Shown here: one piece after another, positions 1 through 12,521 of the stretch
How positions within the stretch are numbered: position 1 is the first letter of the stretch
Layout of the letters: every line of letters starts with the position of its first letter
DNA from: Octopus sinensis
Taxonomy: Eukaryota
Direction of reading: 5' to 3'
NCBI RefSeq assembly: GCF_006345805.1
Contig: NC_043022.1
Span: 19,344,001 to 19,408,000, forward strand
DNA length: 64,000 bases
Notes under the pieces: generated by a model
Databases searched by the model: none
Seen by the model: only the letters and a program-made list of their open reading frames with translations
What the model was told of the DNA's origin: nothing
Made by a program: the position numbers and the translations under genes

Positions 1-620
1 TACCCTAGTTCCAGCCAATGTTGGCCACTAGCCCAGAAAGACTATAAGGGACGTCATGACAACATAGCAAGGATTGACCATTGGACACTCTGCAACAAAT
101 ATGGAGTTGACAGAGCAAAATAGTGGTATGAACATAAACCTGAAGGCTTCATTGAAAATGATAATGCAAAGATCCTATGGGATTTTACGATTGAGCGCGA
201 CCATGAGATAGAGAATAGGAAACAAGACATAATTTTAATTGAGAAAGAAAGCAAATGATGCTGGATCATGGATATAGCATGCCCAGGTGACAACAAGGTA
301 TGCGATAAGGAAGAAAGAAAAATCAATATATATGAGAGTTTAGCTTGGGAGGTTAATCAGTTGTGGTCGCTGAAAAAGGTAGCAGTAGTAGCAATAATGT
401 TCGGTGCCCTGGGAATTGTGAGTAAAATTCTGAAGAAGTCCATGCAACAAATAGGAGCTGCAATAAGGGCGTGGAGCACTTGCAGAAAGCAACACTGCTT
501 GGAACCGCTCGATTAGTCGGCATGGTGCTCGAAAAATAATGGGTATTACCTTAGTTCACTGGTATTGAACAGCTGACACCGTAATACATCTCCAGCGTTA
601 AAAGTTGTGCAAAGGCAATA
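1..620 (+). mobile_element. 3' fragment of an R4/Dong-like (RLE-endonuclease) non-LTR retrotransposon, degraded, followed by an (AAT/GAT/GGT)n array
   Basis: Broken frames read HWTLCNKYG..WYEHKPE..ENDNAKILWDF..RKQDIILIEK..IMDIACPGD..KEERKI..GALG..EHLQKATLLGTAR, the PD-(D/E)xK RLE C-terminus of R4/NeSL-type elements; the 3'UTR ends in gcaaaggc+aataat. Confidence 0.85.
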
Positions 621-627
621 ATGATGA

Positions 628-661
<34 letters not shown>

Positions 662-742
662 GGTGGTGGTGGTGGTGGTGGTGGTGGTGGTGGTGGTATA
701 ATGATAATAATGATAATAATAATAATGATAATAATAATAATG

Positions 743-793
<51 letters not shown>

Positions 794-796
<3 letters not shown>

Positions 797-1350
797 CCCT
801 GATGCAGTACCAGGCAGTGGCTCTCATGGCTTCTGATCTTAACTGATTGGAAGTGTTATCATGTACATTGTTTTATCTTGGTATAAAAAGATGGGCTACA
901 GCAAATATTCTGCTCAATACCACAGATTTGCTTGTCAGTTGTTTGACCTTAACCAGTTGAGCATGTCCCTTAGTGGTTGACGATATGTGCATCTCTGATC
1001 ATGAGCAGAAGTAGTGGGGGAGCATCATAGCCATGTGTTGAGAGGGATTCTTTGGGTTTTGAATAGTTCACCTCTGGAAACATGGGTGGTTCTTTCAACA
1101 TCCTTAAACAACCCTTATTCAGGGACCGTTTGAGCGGGATGGGTTACTCAATCTGAAGAAAATTCTAACTGGGCCCCACCTGCAAGGTCATGTGCTGTTT
1201 ATCTTGATATGAGATCACCATGTCGCGCACATATGGTTGTGATGCATGTGCCTGGTGTACCTTTATCAGACGGGTAGTCATGATGGGTATACTGGGCTTC
1301 GTATATTTTACCCCAGTGTCACTTTGATGGCATGAACTGCTCTCTCACTC

Positions 1351-1352
<2 letters not shown>
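794..1352 (-). repeat. ~560-bp non-coding interspersed element embedded in (AAT)n
   Basis: Flanked on both sides by AAT arrays; its two ends recur fused at 25531-25592, and a related 5' end occurs at ~48000. Confidence 0.6.
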
Positions 1353-1415
<63 letters not shown>

Positions 1416-1499
1416 TAGTAATTTCTTTCGTCGGTCATAAGGGAGGACAATATCGAAGGAGGAGTTACAACACAATTATTATCATTATTATTTATTGTA

Positions 1500-2020
1500 T
1501 TTCCATGTAGTACGGTGTCAGCTTTCCACTACCAGTGAACTAAGGTACAACCTCTTATTTTCCGAGCACCTTCCGGTGTGTTCGGGCAGTTCCAAGCCGT
1601 GCTGTTCCTGCAAGTGCTCCACTCTTCCTGCAGCCCCTATTTGTTCCACATACTTCTCGAGATTTTTGCTCACTGTTCCCAGGGCTCCGACAATTATTGG
1701 TACTACTACCACCTTTTTCAGCAACCACAACTGCTTAACTTCCCAAGCTAACCTGTCGTATCTCTCGACTGTTCTTTCTTCCTTATCGCATACCTTGTTG
1801 TCAGCTGGGCATGCTATGTCTATGATCCAGCATAGTTTGTTTTCTTTCTCAGTTAAGACTATATCTGGCTTCCTATTCTCTATCTCATGGTCGCACTCAA
1901 TCATAAAATGCCATAGGATCTTTGTGTTTTTATTTTCGACGAGGCATTCGGGTTTGTGATCGTACTAATTTTTTGCTCTGTCAACTCCATACTTGTTGCA
2001 GAGTGTCCAATGGACAAGCC
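1500..2020 (-). mobile_element. Second 3' fragment of the same R4/Dong-like LINE, tail-to-tail with the copy at 1-620
   Basis: ORF 1518-1904: RKPDIVLTEKENKLCWIIDIACPADNKVCDKEERTVERYDRLAWEV..VPIIVGALG..EHLQ. Confidence 0.85.
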
Positions 2021-3824
2021 TGGCTATATTGTCGTGGCGTCTCTTATATTCCTTCTGTAAGACTCGGAGCATTTCTGCTGGTCAATCTGCGCCAATCTTA
2101 AACAAAGCATCCACTTCATATTTCTTATCGCACCTAGAGTGTTCCTGAGAGGACGCTTGATGTCGAACATTGCTTCTCCAAGTATTTCCACTATTAACTT
2201 TTCGTTTTTCAAACACTTTTACAACCCCGCCTTTTGCTACAATTCAATGTATCTCTCCGTCACCTTCGTCTTTAACGTAAATACAAGTAACATCAGATCA
2301 GAGTATTTTAGTTCGGTGTACTAGTTTAATACAAACGTCTACTTACCCCAGCACCACCCGGCTAAAATCGAATGCTGGGATGTATTTGGTTTTTGTTTGT
2401 TAACTTAATTCCTTTTGTTGTTATTGTTGATGTTGTCGTTGTTGCTGTGATTGCCCGTAAGAAGCAGTTTATAAAATTTCATTTGTTTTTTAAGGAAATA
2501 TTTAAATGAAAAGAAAGATGAAAAGAAACTGTACTAATACATTTATCGCCCTTTCTTTAAATTACCCATTAGAAGATTTCATTACTTTTCAAGGGTCAAT
2601 ACCATCTTATTTGAGAAGATCTGGTTTAGAGCTTTCTGTATGTGAGGATGACAATTTCCAGAGGATGTTTGATCACATGTTTCTTCATTGTTCAACGGGT
2701 AGATCACTCTTCAAACACGGATCTCAACAAACGAGTAAGCCACAGAGTGGCATGATAAAAAGAATATCGACACGCCACCTCCCTTCTTCTGGCCCGGAAG
2801 GAGTCGAAGCTTTTATTTGTTGAGTAGATTTACCGAAGGAGGTTTTTGTGAGGAATAAAAGAATTAAGGCGAAGAGAGAAGTCCTGTCTCCAAGCAAACT
2901 TTCTGTAAAGCACATCAAGTTGGCGAATATGATCCGAATGAAAGGGCCTGCTCTGAGCATGTGTTGTAGATTGTAGAGATACATTTACAGTGAAAGTGAG
3001 TGTGGTGGTTTTTGATTTTGTGTTGCCAATGTGTTTCATATTTCTGCTGATACGTGAAAAGTTATTTAGAGAGCTTTACTGTAAGGAAAGCATTGATAAT
3101 GAATTCATCGTACTAAATTAAAAATAACAGCGAATACAAAGAACACAATACTGAAGTATAGTTATAAAGATATTTATTGAAGTTGAAACGTTGACAATTA
3201 CAATTTACTGCAGATTTAACTGTCGAATTATAAGATTTAAGTAAGGCAGAAGAAGAAACAAAATACGGGCGAAGAGGAAGAGAGAAGTGTGAGTCTGGAC
3301 GTAATGAATACAGCCAATAGTTGTAGAAGTAGAAAAGGAAAGAGAGGGAGAGAAGTGAAAGGATGCTTCTGTGTCAGAGAGAAAACGACTTCATCTGAAT
3401 GACGCCAGTAGCTTTCTTGGAGCTGGTCTTGGAGGTTAGCATGTGCAGCCTGAACATTGTCCGAGATGTCGAAGCAGTATTTCCTTCGCAGTGGCTCTTA
3501 GACAAGAGGTTTGTTGTGGGTGTTTGCAGTTGTTGCAGTTGTCAGAATTTTCTGACCCAGAAGTAATTGATGCTGGCAGGTGGTGATTGAAGAAAGCTTC
3601 TGTGTCAGCGTCATCATTATGGGATGAGTGGAGGAGAAGGGAGAAAGGAGGGGGGGGAGAAGGGGAGGAGGAGGGGGAGGAGGAGGAGAAGTAGAAGTCG
3701 AAGAAAAAGAAAATGAAAGAAAGAAAAAGATTACATCTGTATTCTCAGTAAAAGGAATATGGTCCAGACTTCAGAGAAAGAGGGAAAGAGTCAGAGAGGC
3801 AGATAGAAAAAGCAGCTGAATTAA

Positions 3825-3865
3825 TCATATTAGATGGATGTCTTCCGTTTCTACCTCTGAGTAAT
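3825..3865 (-). pseudogene. Possible third (linker/terminal) exon of MIB2-like gene A: (D)YSEVETEDIHLI*
   Basis: Strong polypyrimidine acceptor (ctttttctttttcag) whose phase matches the phase-1 end of exon 6699-6831; no protein homology is recognisable. Confidence 0.3.
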
Positions 3866-4067
3866 CTGAAAAAGAAAAAGAGTAATATAAATATGAGAGA
3901 GGGAGACACAAGAGAGATAAAGGATCTGAAGAGAGGAGAAAGAGAGAGAGAGAGGGAGTGTGTGTGTTTTTAAGTGAAGAAAATGAGATTCATGAGAAAA
4001 AGCGATGTACACTTGAGAGAGAGAGAGAGAGAGAGAAAGGGAGAGGGAGAAAGAGATAGATAGATAA

Positions 4068-4132
<65 letters not shown>

Positions 4133-4436
4133 GAGATAGATAGGTAGATAGATAGAGACAGAGACAGAGAGATATAAATAGAGAGAAAATAGACAGACAG
4201 ACAGAATCGGAGTGTGTGTGTGTGTGTTCTATAAGATATAGATTTAAAGGAAGGTTCAAATGATCTGATAGAGAAGGTGTGGAGTAGAAAGTCTGTTTAA
4301 TGAGGGTCGTTTGTAAAGGATAAGGAGCTTTGAAAGAGACCGAGTTTTAAGAAAGATGTAAGTCTAAGTTAATTGTGGCAATATTTGAAGTGAGAATGGA
4401 CAGAGACACAACAAAATATTACAAAATATAAACAAA

Positions 4437-4833
4437 GGGGTGGCTGTGTGGTAATTAGCTTGCTTACCAACCACATGATTCCGGGTTCAGTCCCACTGCG
4501 TGGCACCTTGTGTAAGTGTCTTCTGCTATAGCCCCAGGCCGACCAATGCCTTGTGAGTGGATTTGGCAGACGGAAACTGAAAGAAGCCCGTCGTATATAT
4601 GTATATATACATGCGTGTGCGTGTGTTTGTGTGTCTGTTTGTCCCCATAGCATTGCTTGACAACCGATGCTGGTGTGTTTACGTCCCGTCACTTAGCGGT
4701 TCGGCAAAAGAGACTGATAGAATAAGTACTGGGATTACAAAGAATAAGTCCGGGGTCGATTTGCTCGATTAAAGGCGGCGCTCCAGCATGGCCGCATTCA
4801 AATGACTGAATCAAGTAAAAGAGTAAAAGAGTA
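4437..4833 (+). mobile_element. tRNA-derived SINE, family B, full length
   Basis: A-box-like tggctgtgtggt, B-box-like gggttcagtcc, internal (TG)n and (gtaaaaga)n tail; a closely similar copy is at 55580-55977. Confidence 0.8.
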
Positions 4834-5044
4834 AACCACAATATCTGTGACTGCCCTGTCTTTACATGTGATAAATCATTTATCCCATAAATACAGTATA
4901 GTAGATTTATTTCATTTTATTTTTATTTTATCTAGTTTCAGTTCACAAGCTGTGGCCATGCTGGCGCACCGCCATCTGAACATTAATCCACATTTGCCTT
5001 TCGCTGTATTTATGCAAATAAATGTGATAAATTGTTTAACATAT

Positions 5045-5648
5045 ACTTATTTCTATATTGCCCACAAGGGGCTAAAGATAGAAGGGACAAACAAAGACAG
5101 ACAAAGGGACTAAGTCGATTATATCGACCCCAGTGCGTAACTGGTACTTAATTTATCGATCCCGAAAGGAAGAAAGGCAAAGTCAACCTCGGCGGAATTT
5201 GAACTCAGAACGTAACGGCAGATGAAATATTTATTTCTTTACTACCCTCAAGGGGCTAAACACAGAGGGGACAAACAAGGACAGACAAACGGATTAAGTC
5301 GATTACATAGACCCCAATGCGTAGCTGGTACTTATTTAATCGACCCCGAAAGCATGAAAGGCAAAGTCAACCTCGGCGGAATTTGAACTCAGAACGTAAC
5401 GGCAGATGAAATACCTATTTCTTTACTACCCATAAGGGGCTAAACACAGAAAGAGGACAAACAAGGACAGACAAACGGATTAAGTCGATTACATCAACCC
5501 AATGCGTAACTGGTACTTATTTAATCGACCCCGAAAGCATGAAAGGCAAAGTCGACCTCGGCGGAATTTGAACTCAGAACATAGCGGCAGACGAAATACC
5601 GCTAAGAATTTCGCCCGGCGTGCTAACGTTTCTGCCAACTCGCCGCCT
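5045..5648 (-). mobile_element. tRNA-derived SINE, family A, with tandemly reiterated ~185-bp 3' body
   Basis: Head ggcggcgagttggcagaaacgttagc, B-box gagttcaaattcc; the body repeats three times; the family recurs at 48.7, 58.6 and 61.8-62.5 kb. Confidence 0.8.
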
Positions 5649-5904
5649 TACTTGATTATCATATACGAAGTGCGTTCTTCATGCTTTGAGTCATTTTAGA
5701 GAGAGGCGGCCCGCCCTCATGGCGCTCGGACGACGGGGCTTGCACGCTTTGCGAGCTCCATGACCTTGTAACTGTAGTATATCATTATTATATTTCTAAT
5801 AAGCTGACCTGCCAACTATTTATTCCCGATTTAAAGAGACGGCTGTAACAACACTTTGAAAGCACCGTAATGTACATTGCTTGTCACAGCTGACTGATTT
5901 GCAG

Positions 5905-6515
5905 AGGGCAATCGGGACGTGACGACAAATTGGAAAACTGCTGTGCCATGAAGATTTGTGTTACAGCCGGCGCGAAACTCCGCAGGCACTTACGAAATGT
6001 TGCAGGCTGTTTATGGATTAACTTGAGTGAGCCAAGAATCTGCTTTGCGATAAGACCAGATATCAGGAACAGCAAATCCACTAGGGTGATTCTGGTGATA
6101 CCCCCCCCTTTCTTCACTGCAAAGGCATCACCGATATCCGCTGGGTTCCCTTTGGGTAGAGGGCCACCAAAGAAAATATTTAGAGATTTTGAGTGAGTTC
6201 AGGAATATATTTCGTCACAAAAGGCCAGAACACATGCCGCAGTGGGGTTCATCAGTCGATATTCCGTCCACGACCCTAATTACGTGACAGAGATTCGCAC
6301 CAAAACTATCCCTCAGTCATCCTAAAATCTAGGCCTTGCTCCCTGCGGATTTTGCTTGTTCCCCAAGTTGAAAGTGAAGATGAAGCGGGTTGTGAGAAGT
6401 GTCCTGGACAGCTTCACTTTCGAGGACTACTATGGGTCCATCACTAAACGAATGGAGTGTCGTAAAAAGTGTACTGAAGACAGAGGGACCTACTCTGAAA
6501 GAGATTAGGGTTTTG
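5905..6515 (+). mobile_element. Internally deleted mariner transposase relic
   Basis: N-terminal KLENCCAMK..RNSAGTYEMLQAVYG and C-terminal HP*NLGLAPCGFCLFPKLK (YSPDLAPxDxxLFPKLK motif)..KCTEDRGTYSE. Confidence 0.75.
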
Positions 6516-6698
6516 TACCTCTTTGGAAAAAGACTCAAAACGTCTGGAATGCACTTTGTAATTCATTGGAATAGAAATGAGTTTGTCAGCATCTCAATGA
6601 GAAGTGACTTATCGTAAATATGTTAGTATATGTTCAGCAGAATACACTTGTTTCTTTAAATATTTAAGTGGTAATGAGCAACAGAAGTAATAACTCAC

Positions 6699-6831
6699 CT
6701 CATTTCTGTTCAGGATTGTAAACTAAGAGACTCGCTGAATTAATGGTAAATACGTCATTGTATTTCTTGAATTTCACACTTGCATCTCTTCTATAATCGA
6801 TTCCCGTAACTTCACCAACATCACCTATAAG
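6699..6831 (-). pseudogene. MIB2-like gene A exon: second half of a Mib/REP (SH3-like) repeat, ending in TGA
   Basis: tccag|...|gtgagt; LIGDVGEVTGIDYRRDASVKFKKYNDVFTINSASLLVYNPEQK*; resembles the MIB2 segment ALGRVGKV..GNLRV..WTFSPSCLVAYRPEE; the exon ends in phase 1, like the paralogous exon 44845-44962. Confidence 0.8.
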
Positions 6832-8074
6832 CTGGATTTAGAAAAAAATCATTTAACATTCATACATAAATATATAAATACACACACATACATACATACA
6901 CACACATATATATACATACACACATACATATATACAAACGCACATACATACATACAAACGCACATGTGATCAGCGTGATCAAAATGAATGGACCCGAAAT
7001 AAACAGAATCTTGAAGCGAACTTCTGTTAAACACGATCACATTTACACCTAGGTCAGTATTATAGTTTTCAATGATCATTAAGCAAAATAATCTACTATG
7101 ATAATACTCTCTGTGAATTTCACCGTCACAACGTATGAATGAGAAAGGAAGGTGTGATAGATAAGGAAGGGAGGGGCGAAAAAATCAAACAGCGTTTCAA
7201 CTCTGTGTGAAAATATGTGTGTATGTGAAAAGGGAAAAGGGAGGTATGTGAATGTTTGTGTGTGTATGTGTGTGTGTGTGCAATGGAAGTGGGATGGTGA
7301 TATAATAATACTAATACTCTTGTGTCTTTCTCCGTCTCAATACATGAATGAGAAAGGAAGATGATAGGGGAATAAGAAAGGATGGGGTGAAAAAGAAAAT
7401 TCAAACAGCATTTCGGCTCTGTGTGAGTATATGTGTGTATGCGTGTGCGTGTACAAGGGAAGTATGTGAATGTTTGTATGTGTGAACCAGCGTTCTTTCA
7501 GTAACAAACGATGATCGATGTCACATCTCAAGACGACCACGAGATAGCATTGACAAAAGTATTAATTTGATTTACCATCCATATTTTTTTTATCTGTTTC
7601 GTTAAAAACGGTTATTACAATCACACACACCTACACAAACATATCAATATACAAACTCATTAGGGATAATAATTATTGCCTGAGTGTATCATGAATATAA
7701 AACAACTGTAGTTGAAAGGTATATTATAAATACACATCTTCATCTAACAGTTTATACATGTCTTAATTTGTAGAACAAGTAGACAGATAAATTTCATTCA
7801 ACGCATAGATACTGAACAGTATATATATAAAGGATAAAATCTTTTTTTTTTCTTTTTAAAGCAGAAAATTTTCTTTTTAAAGCAGAGAAATTTCCCTCCA
7901 ATATCCGATTGGAATACTTTACCATTTAAGCTAAACTTCCTGACCGCCAAATTCTTCTGCAGTTATAGAATCATCCTGGAAAAACAATCATCAAAGAAAA
8001 AAAATAGGATTTTATCCTTTATATATATATATAGGATAAAATCCATTTTCTCTTTTTAGAAGCAGAAAAATGTG

Positions 8075-8160
8075 TCGGTAACCAGCCATGAGGATCGAAC
8101 TCACATTCCTCTATTATCCGGTGGGAATGCTTTACCATTTAAGCTAAACCGCCTGACTAG
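8075..8160 (-). mobile_element. tRNA-like SINE head (not a functional tRNA)
   Basis: gtcaggcggtttagcttaaatggtaaagc...gagttcgatcctc has A and B boxes but poor acceptor and anticodon stems; partial duplicate at ~7905-7950. Confidence 0.55.
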
Positions 8161-8491
8161 TTTAGTACCTATGCGTTGAGTAAAACTTTTTATCTGTTTG
8201 GTTAAAAACGATTATTACAATCACACACACCTACACAAACATTAGTATCTATGCGTTGAATAAAATGTATCTGTCTACTTATTCTACAGTACATTTCAAC
8301 GCTTCGAAAATAGATTTGTTTGTTTACATATGTCTTAATATATTTATATTAAGAACTTTTCCCGAGAGTTCTTTCAGTAACTCTTCATAAACTAAACAGA
8401 GTTAGATTTTACGCAAAAGTTTGGTAATAAAAGATTTATAAGACTAAAAACTTGATTTTGTACCTTATTTATATATAGAATACTACAAAAA

Positions 8492-8523
8492 GCCGTCATT
8501 TTTGACGGCACGGGATCCGCTAG
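8492..8523 (+). mobile_element. Helitron-type 3' terminus
   Basis: Hairpin gccgtca-tttt-tgacggc followed 10 nt later by CTAG then T. Confidence 0.55.
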
Positions 8524-8524
8524 T

Positions 8525-8577
<53 letters not shown>

Positions 8578-8629
8578 TTAATAATAATAATAATGATAAT
8601 AATAAAGCAAGTGAGAAGAGAGCACTTAC

Positions 8630-8765
8630 ACTTGACAAACGGAAATCCCAGCCTCCATGATCTTCTTGGTTTTTCTTCAATGTTTTCTCATCAACACTTA
8701 TTGTTACCACATCCCCTACACCAAGAAGATGAGACATTGCAACTCGTTTGTATTTGCAAATTCAC
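8630..8765 (-). pseudogene. MIB2-like gene A exon: first half of a Mib/REP repeat (ATG at 8737)
   Basis: tgtttcag|...|gtaagt; MSHLLGVGDVVTISVDEKTLKKNQEDHGGWDFRLSS matches the Mib repeat pattern VGDxVxIxxDxxxxxxxQxxHGGW; joins exon 6699-6831 in frame (phase 0). Confidence 0.85.
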
Positions 8766-10420
8766 CTGAAACAAGAACATCAATCTATTGTATCAAATCC
8801 ATAATAACAAAGTGTACATACGTAGTTCACAGATACATACATATATACAAACTTAACCGTCTAACCACTATAATTCATCACAAGATTACACACGTGTTGA
8901 AATGATGATTTAAAGGGGTTAGACGATTTAACGTCTCTTTTCGGTATATAGGAAAGATTTTTCTCTGACTTGATTATAATTATATGTTGATTTTACCTTA
9001 ATTGGTCTATTTTTATATGCTGGCCGCTGATAAAGTTTTTAACAATTTTATCTTTTATTATTATAAAAGTATCCGGCGTTGCTCGGAAGTTTAAGGAATG
9101 TTAAAGGAAATAAATATATTCATACTGATAAAAAAACATATTTTCAGAAAAAGTCTGTCAGTTGACGTGGGTATAAACAAAGGGTTATTAAAACAAATCC
9201 TGAAATCAATCACAGTTTAATTATGTAGAACTTCTAAATAGACAATGTTTTCAGTGTGTCCTTTAATTGGTGTACAAAGAAAAAGTGTTCTGGGACTTCC
9301 AACTCCCGAACATCCTACATATAATTGCCCATCAGAGAAGCAAGATTAAGTTCAACAACGTTGAGAGATTGTGCTTGAGATTTGTTTATGGACATAGCAA
9401 AACTTTCGAACTGGAGCCGTTTAAATTCATAGGGGAGGTGAGGTGAGATTAATGGGATCCGTGGAATGAAGACATCGTCACCCTTATATTTCCGAAGAGA
9501 AATGAATTTTGGCGGTGAGGACTAAACCCCTTCTTTCTTTATCACAATTAAAAGTGTCTATCTTTAATTAAAAAAAAAAAAAGAGATGGGGTCGTAGACG
9601 TATGACGGAGAATTATTCAATATCGTGTTTGCTTCTATCAGAATCGTTTGCTTTTAAAGCGAAAAAACCCCACAAAAGTTTAAAATTTAGTAAACCACCC
9701 CCACCGAACGTTTCCCGAGTAATGAAAAAATCTTTCATGCTCAATTTGGTACAGACTGATCCAGCGGTATGGCCGTGCAAAGAGGAAACACACACATACA
9801 CACACAGTGAATTTTATACATACCGTGCTTACGCAGAGGAGGGAGAAGAAGAGGTATACCCGTCTAGCAATAGATAAATCAATGGAGGTCACTCATTATC
9901 TATATCAAGTTTTCATGGCATAGGAAAGATTAAGAAAGAATTGGGCAACACATAAATCTGCATTACTCCTTGAGAGAACAATAGGCCGTATGGCTAGGGG
10001 AAAATTGCAGATTCGATTTCGAATCTGAAGTAGGACCAATATCCAAGTAGAAATAGTCACATCTGATTTATATATGAAATATCGAGTCTACTCTAATTTT
10101 ATTAGGTCCATTTCACGAACAATTATTAGAATAGCTCATGTTGATATCTCTAACTTATGTCATAGGGATATTGAGCGTTAACATTTATAAAGTTTACAGT
10201 ATATATTGAAGGATATCCTACGGTGTGTAAGCGTCTTGTATGAAAACATTTCATTATTCAGAATCCTTACTATTTCCTTTTCCTTCAAACTTTTGCTTAT
10301 CGCAATTAAAAGGCGTCTCAGAACTGTTTACCTTTAAATCGAAAAAACAAAACTGACATAATTTCCAGACAGCCAAATTTGGTACAGATTGATCCAGCAG
10401 TTTGGCCGTGCATAGAAGAA

Positions 10421-10473
<53 letters not shown>

Positions 10474-11519
10474 GGTTGAAAGCTACGACCTCCATGTGGT
10501 ATAGAGTGTTGTCACACAATGACCACAATTATAAACTGCAATGATGGAGAAGAAGAAGAAGAAGAAGAAGAAGAGAAGAAGAAGAAGAAGAAGAAGAAGA
10601 AGAAGAGAGAAGAAGAAGAAGAAGAAGAAGAAGAAGAAGAAGAAGAAGAAGAAGGAAAAGAAGAATAAATGTCTGCTTGATTGACTTTGTCTTTCATCCT
10701 TTCTGGGTTGAAAAAGTAAGTACCAGTTTAGCACTAGGGTCGATGTAATTGACTATCACCCACCCCACAAATTGCAGACTTTGTACTAAAAATTCAAACC
10801 TATATATTACAGAACAATAAACAGCATATTCATCAGTCTCTATTTGTTACTAAGTTTGAAGTAATAGGTTTGTTATTCCTGGAGTTGTTATTTTCTATGT
10901 TATTGAAATTTTGTTCAATAAGGTTTGTTCACTGTTTCTATTTTACCCTACAGTTTTCAAGATAGCAATGTCCATATTTGGAAGTTTTTTTGGTTTTTTT
11001 ATATAGATACCGATTTTTAATTTTTACCTTTTTTTAGCTATATGTTAAAACGATTTCGTTTATATTCGATGCTGTTGTTTGATTCACAGGCAGTGTTTAA
11101 AGTTTTTAACGCTGTTGACAACTTCCGATAGCTTGATACTGTCCTGGTATCGAAACCATAGTGATATTATTTAGGCAGTTGATGATAAATGTATATATAT
11201 GTTTATAATTTGTTTATATTTTAGGGTATCGTTATTTTTTGTTGTCCTTCACTCTCGCAAAGTTGAACGAGTTTTGGGGTTCATGGTCTATGGTGATTAC
11301 ATATATTGATATTGATTATCTTCAGGAATAGTCCGAAGCTATGAACATACTTGATTGATGGTTTCTGAGGCATGTGTGTGTGTGTGCGTGTGTGTGAATG
11401 TGTGTTTGCTTGTGTGTGTGTGTGAGTGTGTGTGTGCGTGTGTGTGTATACACGTATCTATTTATAAGATGAAGAGACACATTTGCATCGTCGGATGCTC
11501 CTGAATCACTACTTTGAAG

Positions 11520-11601
<82 letters not shown>

Positions 11602-12421
11602 GTAGAGAGAGAGTGAGAGAGAGAGAGAGAGACAGGGAGGGAGGGAGACAGGGAGGGAGAGAATTAAACCAATTTGCTCATCTTACCCATATTACAGGTG
11701 CCATACCATTCTTGCAATTTCTGTGACTTGTAAAGCTATACGCTGTAAAATCAGGTAATTTCTTTCGAAATACCAAGCAATGAATGACTTCTTAAATTGG
11801 AATTACCTCACCATCAATAATTTGCATGCACACCTGGAGATAAAGTTACTTTTCAATCAACTTTTCTCTGTCGAGTCTGACTCTTAAAGAAAACGGGCCT
11901 GTCTAACATTTACTTCCTTTGTGCTGAGCCTATCAGCATCTTTCGGGTCCTGATGCTTCTTTACTTTCTTTTAGAAATTAAAACACATCAAACGTGATCT
12001 AAAAGCAAAAGAGATATGAGGAGAAATAAAGGAATAAATAAGTTACCTTAATGCGAGACAAGTGATTTGTTGAGTGGAAACGTTGGTTCTCTTCAGGACG
12101 GAACTTTGGTTCAGAACTTTGGATCAGATACAGCAATGACTGTCTCTAAACGTTGTGTCAGAATGTGTTTACCTCTCTTCGCATATCGACTTATATGTGT
12201 TTCTTAGGAATGAGGAAGAGTGGTATTAAGAGAAGATCGAACAGAGAAGGAGTTGTTGAGAGAAGATCGTATAGCAAATGCCGGGTATTGTTCTCATGGG
12301 TATTGTTTTACTGGAGATTTTGTGTCGCCTACACTTAGATACGGCAATTACCCATTGTAGTCACCAGGAAGTTATGGGAATGGTGGTGGAGGTACAGGAG
12401 AGATTGCTTACTATATATATA

Positions 12422-12477
<56 letters not shown>

Positions 12478-12521
12478 GGTCCCGGGTTGATTCGGGGTTA
12501 ACCACAGTAAATAAGGTACTC

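Noticed and set aside
546-827. Poly-L/H/G/I ORFs here and many similar ones (e.g. 20-21, 25.3, 28.7, 33.9, 47.8, 55.0, 61.6 kb)
   Set aside because: They are translations of (AAT)n, (GAT)n, (TA)n, (CA)n and (TATG)n microsatellites; no coding signal.
2506-3039. Overlapping 70-105 aa ORFs as possible exons or a PLE N-terminus
   Set aside because: No motif I can identify with confidence and no good splice-site pair.
8075-8160. Functional tRNA gene
   Set aside because: Acceptor and anticodon stems do not pair properly; treated as a SINE head.
11125-11160. Hammerhead-like gatac..gtatc-GAAAC
   Set aside because: No CUGANGA-type core at the required position and no stem I.
12153-12478. ORFs with KRR/RR sites suggesting a neuropeptide precursor (mirrored at 21.4-21.6 kb)
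   Set aside because: No signal peptide, frames are not conserved between the two duplicate arms, and no splice support.
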